A DNA stretch of 57,976 nt from Sulfurospirillum sp. (GTDB lineage Bacteria > Campylobacterota > Campylobacteria > Campylobacterales > QNZT01), in contig JANTGR010000003.1 of NCBI GenBank assembly GCA_024762875.1, positions 1 to 57,976 on the forward strand, read 5' to 3'. Positions within the stretch are counted from its first letter, which is position 1; each line of letters opens with the position of its first letter. Shown one piece after another: positions 50,678-57,976 of this stretch. Both the position numbers and the translations under genes were made by a program. A model generated the notes under the pieces. That model saw only the letters and a list, made by a program, of their open reading frames with translations, did no database searches and was not told the origin of the DNA.

Positions 50678-51501
50678 TGGAGCAAAAGTCAGTACTCATC
50701 ACCGGCTGCTCAACCGGGATAGGCTATTTTTGTGCCAAAGCACTTCAAGAGGATGGTTATCGTGTTTTTGCCACAGCCAGAAAAATAGAAGATGTCACAA
50801 GGCTGAGGGAAGAAGGATTGGAGTCTTATCAGCTTGATTTGGATGATTCTGAGAGTATCAAAGCAGCACTCGATACCGTTTTGGAACAAACAGGCGGTAC
50901 CTTGTATGCACTCTTTAACAATGGCGCTTATGGACAGCCTGGTGCCGTCGAAGACCTCTCCAGAGAAGTACTCAAAGCACAATTTGAAACCAACCTCTTT
51001 GGAACCCATGAACTAACGTGCCAAGTTCTGCCTGTTATGCGAAAACAGGGCTATGGGCGCATCATCCAAAACTCTTCTATATTGGGCTTTATAGCGATGC
51101 GATATCGCGGAGCCTACAATGCCAGTAAATTTGCACTCGAAGGCCTCAGCGATACCTTGAGACTGGAGCTGAAAAACAGCGGTATCACTGTCTCTCTCAT
51201 AGAACCAGGTCCTATCCGCAGTAACTTTAGAAAAAATGCACTAGCCAAGTTCATAGCCAATATAGATCAGCAGCACACACCCTTTCGCACTATTTATAAA
51301 AAAAAGCTTGCTGCTCTTCAAAGCAGTGAAGATGTAGCCTTTACCCTGGGAGAAGATGCTGTATATCAGGCACTCAAACACGCACTGACGGATAAAGCAA
51401 AAGCACGCTACCGTGTCACTGCACCTACTACATTATTTTGGTTTTTAAAACGTCTTCTTAGTACAACACTACTTGATAAAATCCTTAGAAAAGTAGAATA
51501 A
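50677..51501 (+). CDS. short-chain dehydrogenase/reductase (SDR)
   Basis: VLITGCSTGIGY, NNGA, YNASK catalytic motif. TAATG junction with the previous gene. Confidence 0.85.
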   Translation: MEQKSVLITGCSTGIGYFCAKALQEDGYRVFATARKIEDVTRLREEGLESYQLDLDDSESIKAALDTVLEQTGGTLYALFNNGAYGQPGAVEDLSREVLKAQFETNLFGTHELTCQVLPVMRKQGYGRIIQNSSILGFIAMRYRGAYNASKFALEGLSDTLRLELKNSGITVSLIEPGPIRSNFRKNALAKFIANIDQQHTPFRTIYKKKLAALQSSEDVAFTLGEDAVYQALKHALTDKAKARYRVTAPTTLFWFLKRLLSTTLLDKILRKVE

Positions 51502-51510
51502 GGGCACTTC

Positions 51511-52260
51511 TCAAAATCCCAATTCTGCTTTTTTGTACTTCAAAACACTTCCATCATCATTGGCAAAATAGATATTTCCCTCATCATCCAGACAGATACC
51601 TTCCTGGGCAAAAGCAGGTAGTTTTTTCGTCCATGCAACTTTTTTGGCCTGCAAATCATACCCAATCAACAAATCCTCTTTATCACTCACCATATACAAC
51701 ATACTATCATGATAGAAAAGTCCGGCAATATCCTGGTGCCCTGGATCGATAATCTCTTCAATCACAACTTTTTTCTTGTGGCTCTTGGCTACTTTGATAA
51801 CCACAGAAGGATCTTTTTTGGGATATTTTTTGTTAGATTGATTAGAGAGGTAGAGTGAGTGTTGATCTTGTGTAATACCTTCCAAACCATGTTTTTTATC
51901 TTTTTTCAGGATGAGATGACCTTGAAATTCACGCTTGATACGGATCTTGTTTTTGACATGCAGCTCTTTTTGTGAAACAACCAAAATCGCATCATCTCCT
52001 TCAACAGCAAACAACAATTCACCACGGTCATCGTCACAACTCACCCCTTCCAGGTCATAATTGCCGATGCGTTTTTTCCGTAAAATTTTACCATCCTTGC
52101 CCATCTCATAAATCTTTCCTTCATCATTGGCAACAAAAAGTGTCTGAGTGATTGTGGAGTAGCAGATACCCGATGCTTCAGGGATCTTGGCAATCTCATG
52201 CGATGATCCCAAACAGCCACTTAAGAATAATAAAGGTAAAATCACTATATAACGTATCAT
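51511..52260 (-). CDS. lipoprotein, SdiA-regulated/YjiK-like beta-propeller (tentative)
   Basis: Start at [16 protein letters not shown]. Repeated D.EG motifs (ASGICYS, LEGVSCDD, LEGITQD, QEGICLDDEGNIYFANDDG). Confidence 0.5.
   Translation of the reverse strand: MIRYIVILPLLFLSGCLGSSHEIAKIPEASGICYSTITQTLFVANDEGKIYEMGKDGKILRKKRIGNYDLEGVSCDDDRGELLFAVEGDDAILVVSQKELHVKNKIRIKREFQGHLILKKDKKHGLEGITQDQHSLYLSNQSNKKYPKKDPSVVIKVAKSHKKKVVIEEIIDPGHQDIAGLFYHDSMLYMVSDKEDLLIGYDLQAKKVAWTKKLPAFAQEGICLDDEGNIYFANDDGSVLKYKKAELGF
51705..51714. repeat. TATCATGATA copy 23
   Basis: Perfect. Inside the propeller lipoprotein gene, Y-H-D. Confidence 0.95.
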
Positions 52261-52344
52261 TTGAAATCCTTTTTCAATCATAGTATAAAATATAGTATAG
52301 CAAATAATCATAAAGACGATATACAATAAAAAGGCACAAGATTG

Positions 52345-53472
52345 ATGAAACCGATAACTTTATGTATCTTCAGCTTCATTGTTTTTTGGGGCATTGCCTG
52401 CTCATCTACGCCACAAGGTGATAACTCCCAACCAAACCAACAAACAACAACAATTCCAATCCAAAACAATCCAAAAATAGAGAATGCAGCACCTCAGCCT
52501 ATCATCTATCATGATAAGGCAAATATCCCACAACTTCAAAGTGGCTATGGTACGTTCGGTACGCATGAAGTCGCTACCAAAGATATCAACAATACCCGAT
52601 ATGACTACAAGCCAGACTATAAAGCACTCCACCTTCAAACAACACTCTATTATCCAAAAGATCTTCCACTTTCACGCCCTACACTCTTCTTTTACAGTGG
52701 CTATGGTATGCACGATCCATCCGCATATAAAGGGCTTTTTTACTTTGTCGCTTCCAAAGGATATAACATCATCTTTCTGACCTGCCCCCGTGTTGAACTG
52801 GGAAATTTACCTGCTGCAACCCGTGATGCCATTGCAGCATTTTCAAGCCATATCGATATCAAAAAGGTAGGCTTTATCGGACATTCTATGGGTGCTGGTG
52901 TCACATTTTGGATGGCAAATACACTCGCTGATGAAGTTGGAGATGATGTGCGTATCCTCTTTCCAATGGCCTCAGGCTATACTGTTTTTAATGACAGCAG
53001 ACTGATTCCCGCTACAAAAGCCATTCATCTACCCCAAAACAGTAAAATGATACTACAAGTTTATGCCAGGGATTATTCTACCGATATCCGAATAGGTATG
53101 GATATCTTTTTAAATACTGACATCCAGGACAAAGAATATATGCTGATTTATGGTGACAGTCAACATATTGCCGACCATGGCAGCTGTATGAGTAAAAATG
53201 GTTATGATGTGGATGCCATGATGCAAAGAAGTATCTACAAAGCACTTGATGCTTTGATGGATGAAGGATTTAATGACAACCACCAGGCAAGAGAAAAGCT
53301 GATGAAATCTCTACAGGATGATCCTTATTTTCATCCATATATAGGTAAAATGCCTGATATAGAGATCGATAAACAATATATTCTTCCCCAGGAGCATTAT
53401 CCTTTTAATTGCTCGATCGGCGGAGGTGTAGTCAGTCAACGAAAGGAGTATTGTAACGCTCTTGGATTATAA
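52345..53472 (+). CDS. alpha/beta hydrolase lipoprotein
   Basis: Lipobox WGIAC. Nucleophile elbow GHSMGAG. Confidence 0.65.
   Translation: MKPITLCIFSFIVFWGIACSSTPQGDNSQPNQQTTTIPIQNNPKIENAAPQPIIYHDKANIPQLQSGYGTFGTHEVATKDINNTRYDYKPDYKALHLQTTLYYPKDLPLSRPTLFFYSGYGMHDPSAYKGLFYFVASKGYNIIFLTCPRVELGNLPAATRDAIAAFSSHIDIKKVGFIGHSMGAGVTFWMANTLADEVGDDVRILFPMASGYTVFNDSRLIPATKAIHLPQNSKMILQVYARDYSTDIRIGMDIFLNTDIQDKEYMLIYGDSQHIADHGSCMSKNGYDVDAMMQRSIYKALDALMDEGFNDNHQAREKLMKSLQDDPYFHPYIGKMPDIEIDKQYILPQEHYPFNCSIGGGVVSQRKEYCNALGL
52507..52516. repeat. TATCATGATA copy 24
   Basis: Perfect. Inside the hydrolase lipoprotein gene, Y-H-D. Confidence 0.95.
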
Positions 53473-54580
53473 GCATATACACACGCCAGCCTATATACTG
53501 GAAGAAAAAAAATTACGTAAAAATCTGGAACTGCTTTCGTACATACAAAAAAAAAGTGGTGCCAAAATACTCCTGGCACTCAAAGGATTTGCTTTTAAAG
53601 CAAGTTTTGAGATGATGAGAACCTATCTCTCAGGCTGCTGTGCGAGTGGATTGCATGAGGCAAAACTGGCACATGAACTTTTTAAAGGTGAAGTACATAC
53701 CTATGCGCCTGCCTTTAAAGAAGATGAGATAGAAGAAATTATCAGTATCAGTCATCATCTGGTTTTCAACTCATTTTCTCAGTGGGAAAAGTACAAAGAA
53801 CAGGCAAAGGGTAAAGTCTCCTGCGGACTGCGTATCAATCCTGAAGTCTCTGCAGCTCCTACAGATCTTTACAATCCCTGTGCCGCATACTCCCGTCTGG
53901 GCATCACCCAAGAAAACTTTTATCATGATAGACTTGAGGGCATCGAGGGGCTGCACTTTCATGCACTCTGTGAAGAAGATGCAGATGCCCTGGAAACAGT
54001 ACTTGAAAGCTTTGAAAAAAAGTTTGGCAGCGCTATATCTCAGATGAAGTGGATCAACTTTGGCGGCGGTCATCACATCACCAAAGCAGGCTATGATATC
54101 GAAAAGCTTATCATGATAATCCAGGCGTTTAAATCACGCTATGATGTGGAAGTCTATCTTGAACCAGGTGAAGCAGTAGGCTGGCAGACTGGCGTACTAG
54201 TCGCTACGGTACTGGATATCGTACATAACGGTATCGATATCGCTATCCTTGATACTTCAGCTGAAGCACATATGCCTGACACCATCATCATGCCTTACTG
54301 CTCAGAAGTGAGAGGTGCTGGCAGGACAGGTGAGAAACCCTACGATTACAGACTGGCAGGCAATACCTGTTTGGCAGGTGATATCATGGGGGATTACTCT
54401 TTTGACAGTCCGCTCAAAGTAGGCGATAAAATCATCTTTAAAGACCAGATCCACTATACTATCGTCAAAAATACCACCTTCAACGGTATCCCCCTGCCTT
54501 CTATCATGATAGAAAAAGAGAATGGAAAAGTAGAACTTGTTAACCAATTTGGATATGATACCTATAAAAACCGGCTCTAA
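53462..54580 (+). CDS. nspC: carboxynorspermidine decarboxylase
   Basis: 372 aa, PLP-dependent group IV decarboxylase-like (LALKGFA, INFGGGHH, EPGEAV, CLAGD). TTG start overlapping the previous gene. Confidence 0.82.
   Translation: MDYKHIHTPAYILEEKKLRKNLELLSYIQKKSGAKILLALKGFAFKASFEMMRTYLSGCCASGLHEAKLAHELFKGEVHTYAPAFKEDEIEEIISISHHLVFNSFSQWEKYKEQAKGKVSCGLRINPEVSAAPTDLYNPCAAYSRLGITQENFYHDRLEGIEGLHFHALCEEDADALETVLESFEKKFGSAISQMKWINFGGGHHITKAGYDIEKLIMIIQAFKSRYDVEVYLEPGEAVGWQTGVLVATVLDIVHNGIDIAILDTSAEAHMPDTIIMPYCSEVRGAGRTGEKPYDYRLAGNTCLAGDIMGDYSFDSPLKVGDKIIFKDQIHYTIVKNTTFNGIPLPSIMIEKENGKVELVNQFGYDTYKNRL
53921..53930. repeat. TATCATGATA copy 25
   Basis: Perfect. Inside nspC, Y-H-D. Confidence 0.95.
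54109..54118. repeat. TATCATGATA copy 26
   Basis: Perfect. Inside nspC, I-M-I. Confidence 0.95.
54502..54511. repeat. TATCATGATA copy 27
   Basis: Perfect. Inside nspC, I-M-I. Confidence 0.95.
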
Positions 54581-54588
54581 GGAAAATA

Positions 54589-55512
54589 ATGGACTATCAA
54601 GCGGTATTGGAAGAAATTTATAAAGAGATTCAACCACATTTTGGTGAAGGTAAAGTAGCTGACTATATCCCGGCTCTCTCTTCTATCGATCCCAGGCAAT
54701 TTGGCTTTTCTATCATCACACAAGATGGCAGCACCTACAATGTCGGTGATACGCAAACTGACTTTTCCATCCAGAGTATCTCCAAGCTTTTTACCTTTAC
54801 GCTTGCTTTGGATATCTACAGCCGTGATTTATATACACGTCTGGGAGTTGAACCTTCAGGAAATCCTTTCAATTCGCTGGTTCAACTCGAATATGAACAG
54901 GGAAAACCAAGAAATCCTTTTATAAATGCCGGTGCTATCGTTGTCACTGACAGCCTCATCGCACACTATCAGGATGATTATAAAGCCTTTGAAGTGATAC
55001 TAAACTTCATACGAGATGTCGCAGATGACAATACTATCTCTTTTGATCCTGAAGTATCAAGCTCTGAAATGGAACATGCACATCGCAATCTGGCACTTGC
55101 CAACTTGATGAAAAGTTTTAACAATTTAGACAATGAGCCCAATCAGGCGGTACAAACCTACTTCAAGCACTGTGCCATCAGTATGAATACACAAAAACTC
55201 TCTAGAGCCATGCTCTATCTTGCCAATGGCGGCACAGACCCTCTTAGCAATAAAAAATACCTCACCCCGCAGCAGACCAGACGGATCAATGCTGTCATGC
55301 TCACCTGTGGCCACTATGATGCATCGGGTGAATTTGCTTTTCACGTGGGATTGCCTGGCAAAAGTGGTGTCGGCGGCGGTATCGTCGCAGTTGTACCAGG
55401 GAAAATGGGAATATCTGTTTGGTCACCTGCACTCAATCACTATGGAAATTCTCACCTGGGGACACTCGCTCTTCAAAAATTTGTCGAAAAAACAGGACTT
55501 TCTATCTTTTAG
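54589..55512 (+). CDS. glsA: glutaminase A
   Basis: 307 aa. FSIQSISKLFTF (Ser-x-x-Lys), GLPGKSGVGGGI. Confidence 0.92.
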   Translation: MDYQAVLEEIYKEIQPHFGEGKVADYIPALSSIDPRQFGFSIITQDGSTYNVGDTQTDFSIQSISKLFTFTLALDIYSRDLYTRLGVEPSGNPFNSLVQLEYEQGKPRNPFINAGAIVVTDSLIAHYQDDYKAFEVILNFIRDVADDNTISFDPEVSSSEMEHAHRNLALANLMKSFNNLDNEPNQAVQTYFKHCAISMNTQKLSRAMLYLANGGTDPLSNKKYLTPQQTRRINAVMLTCGHYDASGEFAFHVGLPGKSGVGGGIVAVVPGKMGISVWSPALNHYGNSHLGTLALQKFVEKTGLSIF

Positions 55513-55518
55513 AATCTA

Positions 55519-56160
55519 TTATGAAAAGCCATACAGTTTTCTAAAAAAATTCTCAATAATATTCATATCGAAAGATTTTTCTATCTTTTTTGTAGCAAAT
55601 TGACTGTTGGCATAGGCTTTTTGAGTTGTATTAAAATGTTCTTTTTTCCCTGCAGTCGGCCTAAAATCATGCGTACCTTCCAACTTGGCCCACTCCATGA
55701 TCTGGCGTAATTCACCACTGTCAAGCCAATAACCATGATCTACACAACGATCGATAATCACCCCGCTTCGTGACTGATAATTCATACGCAGCATCATCTT
55801 TTGACACTCGGGACATTTTTTGTAACGTACTTTTTTTTCACGGGTGAGTGGATGGTTTTTGATCTCTTGCAGTCTGACAAAATCATAGCGTTCAGACTTG
55901 ACGATCTCCTGCTCCATAATCGCCTCTATCTCTCCAAAATCCAAAAAAATCCCATCACAGTGTTTACACTGCTCTATATACAGTTTTTGATACTTGTCAA
56001 GGAGACGGATCTCGAGTAAAAGTTCGCAATTGGGACATATTCGCTCAGTATCGTGCTTTGTAGTGTAAGTTTTTTTGAGGTCGATTGCCTGACGTGTATG
56101 ACAGTAAGGACAGATGATGCCCTCTATCGGTGCACCACAGTTTTGACACTGATATCTCAT
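55519..56160 (-). CDS. zinc-ribbon protein (two TFIIB-type zf domains preceded by an extra CxxC pair)
   Basis: 213 aa. CQNCGAPIEGIICPYC. CPNC...CKHCDGIFLDFGEIEAIME. CPECQ...RCVDHGYWLDSGELRQIMEW. Confidence 0.6.
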   Translation of the reverse strand: MRYQCQNCGAPIEGIICPYCHTRQAIDLKKTYTTKHDTERICPNCELLLEIRLLDKYQKLYIEQCKHCDGIFLDFGEIEAIMEQEIVKSERYDFVRLQEIKNHPLTREKKVRYKKCPECQKMMLRMNYQSRSGVIIDRCVDHGYWLDSGELRQIMEWAKLEGTHDFRPTAGKKEHFNTTQKAYANSQFATKKIEKSFDMNIIENFFRKLYGFS

Positions 56161-56184
56161 AAAAAAACCTTCTTTGATGTTTAT

Positions 56185-56281
56185 AATCGAGTATTCTGAA
56201 CAAACCCACTTGTGAACGACTCTACAGCCGTTTTACGGCGCAGCCTTAGTGAATAAGTGTGTTTGTTCAGAATACTCGATT
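56185..56281 (+). repeat. 97-nt hairpin repeat, copy 4
   Basis: AATCGAGTATTCTGAACAAACCCACTT...AAGTGTGTTTGTTCAGAATACTCGATT. Lies between the zinc-ribbon gene start and tRNA-Glu. Confidence 0.92.
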
Positions 56282-56323
56282 TAATATCGACCATCTCAAA
56301 GTTTTTTGTAAGTAAAATTGCTC

Positions 56324-56329
56324 TATAAT
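56324..56329 (+). promoter_or_regulatory. candidate -10 (TATAAT) for tRNA-Glu
   Basis: Perfect TATAAT 32 nt upstream of the tRNA 5' end. Confidence 0.35.
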
Positions 56330-56361
56330 TTCGCCCGATGTCCTAACAAACACAATTTTGT

Positions 56362-56436
56362 GGCCCGTTCGTCTAGTGGTTAGGACACTGGCCTCTCACG
56401 CCGGTAACAGGGGTTCGAATCCCCTACGGGTCACCA
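56362..56436 (+). tRNA. tRNA-Glu (anticodon CUC), CCA encoded
   Basis: Hand-folded cloverleaf. Acceptor GGCCCGT/ACGGGTC (one G-U). D arm GTCT/GGAC. Anticodon stem CTGGC/GCCGG with loop C-T-CTC-A-C. T arm AGGGG-TTCGAAT-CCCCT. Discriminator A plus CCA. 75 nt. Confidence 0.9.
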
Positions 56437-56446
56437 GTTCAATGCT

Positions 56447-56569
56447 CTACTTGCCAAATAGATAATCAAACTCTTTTGACTCTTTAAATCTAAACATAGT
56501 AGATTTTGTAACAAAATCACTGCTAAATTGCTCAACCAATACTCTTAATCTTTTTAATGTTACCTTCAT
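56447..56569 (-). CDS. possible 40-aa small ORF
   Basis: Not in the track. AAAAGGAGCAAAG-ATG gives an excellent RBS. Encodes MKVTLKRLRVLVEQFSSDFVTKSTMFRFKESKEFDYLFGK*. No homology recognised. Confidence 0.3.
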   Translation of the reverse strand: MKVTLKRLRVLVEQFSSDFVTKSTMFRFKESKEFDYLFGK

Positions 56570-56671
56570 CTTTGCTCCTTTTATGCCTAAGATACAAACA
56601 ACATCGCACAAAAAGAAAAAAAATTAATACCTTATAAGAAATTTTTATGGAAAATAGGCTATTAAGTTACT

Positions 56672-57658
56672 TTAGGTAAATATATTATACTCTTTTTTAA
56701 TCATCTCGATGATGGATCGATCCTCTGCATAGATAAAAGCATAATTGAAATTTGCTCCTTTGAGTATCTCCAGTATATCTTCATTATTATAGTAATAACT
56801 AGGACGTTTGACACCCTCTACTTTTGTCTTGGGTGGTGTTAAGACGATACTTTTGACGATCCATGCACTTGGGGCATTGACATACAGCCTTGCTTCTATG
56901 ATATCTTCCAGATTATCACAAACGATGACTGTTCTGTCATTTTTACTCTGTTCATTGATTCCCGGTTCTCCATCTATAAAGATAGGTATAAATTGTTTGA
57001 TGTATTTTATTTTTTCTATGGCATATTCAAAATGGTGCTGCTGACAAAAAGCTACTACTTTTAGCAGATGTTCCAGATGAAACGGTACCATCTCTTTATA
57101 TTGATAGACATATTTTTCTACCTTGAAAGTTGAGCGAAAGAGCGTATCAGATATGATATATCCATCAACTTCTTTCACCAGTCGCTTTGCCTTGGGTCGC
57201 AGCTTTTTCATCAATTCCAGATTACTGGAGATAAAAATCTTTTTTTTACTGTTTAGTACCATCTCAAAAGCTTTTTTCCAGTCATCCGGTATAAAATCAA
57301 TATCACTTTTACGCAATAGTATCATTCTTAAAAAGCTGAGTTCATGCCTATTTAGATAGTAAAAATCCGCCTCAGAATCTGCTACAACATATTGTGTCAA
57401 TCTAAATGCAGCCTCTTCTATATCATCTACTTTGATCCAGGCCAAGTCACTGTCGCTTATCGCAAGCGTTGCATCATTATATATGATCGCCTGTGCACCT
57501 CTGCCAATGGCTTCTTCTATCTCAGAAGGGACAGAAGAGATAAAGAGTGATCCCTCACCGACATTTGACACATAGACTGTAGCACTATAGATTTCTTCTA
57601 TTTTTGAAGTCTCATTGATTTGCCCCTCTATGGTTTGTACTAATGTTTCTATTTGCAT
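56672..57658 (-). CDS. hypothetical protein (328 aa)
   Basis: Long ORF with no conserved catalytic motif that I can name. Confidence 0.55.
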   Translation of the reverse strand: MQIETLVQTIEGQINETSKIEEIYSATVYVSNVGEGSLFISSVPSEIEEAIGRGAQAIIYNDATLAISDSDLAWIKVDDIEEAAFRLTQYVVADSEADFYYLNRHELSFLRMILLRKSDIDFIPDDWKKAFEMVLNSKKKIFISSNLELMKKLRPKAKRLVKEVDGYIISDTLFRSTFKVEKYVYQYKEMVPFHLEHLLKVVAFCQQHHFEYAIEKIKYIKQFIPIFIDGEPGINEQSKNDRTVIVCDNLEDIIEARLYVNAPSAWIVKSIVLTPPKTKVEGVKRPSYYYNNEDILEILKGANFNYAFIYAEDRSIIEMIKKEYNIFT

Positions 57659-57748
57659 TTATTATCCTGCGTTTTGGTGTCTGATTTTAGCATAACTATG
57701 GTGTTATACAAAATTATGTTAAAATAATTTATTTTACAAAGGATTTTT

Positions 57749-57976
57749 ATGAAAAAAATTTTTTTTATCATGATAAGTACGTTTTTACTGCACAGCACAA
57801 TCTATGCTGATATGATATATTTTAAAAACATCAACCATAAGCAACTGAGGATAAATAATTTGGAAGGAAATTTTCTCTTTCAGGATCCTGACTATAAAGG
57901 AGAAAAAGTTTTACTCTTTTTCTTTGGTATTGAGTGTCCATACTGTTTAAAAGAATTACCCGACATCATCAATCTC
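57749..57976 (+). CDS. thioredoxin-fold thiol:disulfide oxidoreductase (TlpA/ResA-like), 5' part, runs off the window
   Basis: MKKIFFIMISTFLLHSTIYA signal peptide, then ...KVLLFFFGIECPYCLKELP (CxxC active site). Confidence 0.7.
   Translation, partial: MKKIFFIMISTFLLHSTIYADMIYFKNINHKQLRINNLEGNFLFQDPDYKGEKVLLFFFGIECPYCLKELPDIINL
57766..57775. repeat. TATCATGATA copy 28
   Basis: Perfect. Inside the thioredoxin-fold gene, I-M-I. Confidence 0.95.

Noticed and set aside
34306-56281. Whether the 97-nt repeats could be a CRISPR array
   Set aside because: The copies are dispersed over 22 kb, one is inverted, each is itself a long hairpin, there is no regular repeat-spacer periodicity, and no cas genes are present.
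56437-57658. Genomic island or prophage remnant at the tRNA-Glu 3' end
   Set aside because: I could find no integrase, no phage-like genes, and no direct repeat of the tRNA 3' end. It is reported only as a low-interest observation.
56672-57658. Possible Mur-ligase (MurF-like) N-terminal resemblance of the 328-aa protein (…GEGSLFISSVPSEIEEAIGRGAQAIIY…)
   Set aside because: There is no P-loop/ATP-binding motif, the protein is too short for a Mur ligase, and the resemblance rests on a few residues. This cannot be supported without a profile search.

Overview
This 57,976-bp window is A+T-rich bacterial chromosome. Gene content and order suggest a Campylobacterota (epsilonproteobacterial) chemolithotroph of the Sulfurovum/Sulfurimonas type. 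That placement is inference only: no rpmD or adk in the ribosomal operon, a TsdA-like cytochrome, and the carboxynorspermidine polyamine route.

Layout:
- 1-11.2 kb: the S10-spc ribosomal protein operon on the minus strand (rpsJ through secY-map-infA-rpmJ-rpsM).
- The rest is tightly packed housekeeping genes: pssA, msrBA, alr, rnhB, lpxH, glnS, nrdB, pcm, recJ, pyrG, rdgB, nspC, glsA and one tRNA-Glu(CUC).
- Interleaved accessory modules: a cytidylyltransferase-oxidoreductase/aminotransferase/LicD cassette; a DUF1538-PII-CBS operon; a Cache-like/response regulator/histidine kinase operon followed by a TsdA-like dihaem cytochrome c and a porin; and a lipoprotein-rich stretch.
- No rRNA, CRISPR array, transposase or integrase was seen.

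The two strongest unexplained signals are at the DNA level:
1. The palindrome (Y)TATCATGATA(R) occurs at least 28 times perfectly, plus at least 10 one-mismatch copies. It lies in unrelated genes on both strands and in spacers. It is used only in the two stop-free frames (YHD or IMI) and often supplies start or stop codons. My rough zero-order estimate puts this about two orders of magnitude above expectation. It behaves like a HIP1-type iterated palindrome or a DNA uptake sequence.
2. A 97-nt intergenic hairpin repeat is present in four full copies plus one half copy. The copies show compensatory stem substitutions, and two direct copies bracket a SAM methyltransferase gene.

All coordinates and counts were read by eye. 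Start codons are best guesses.
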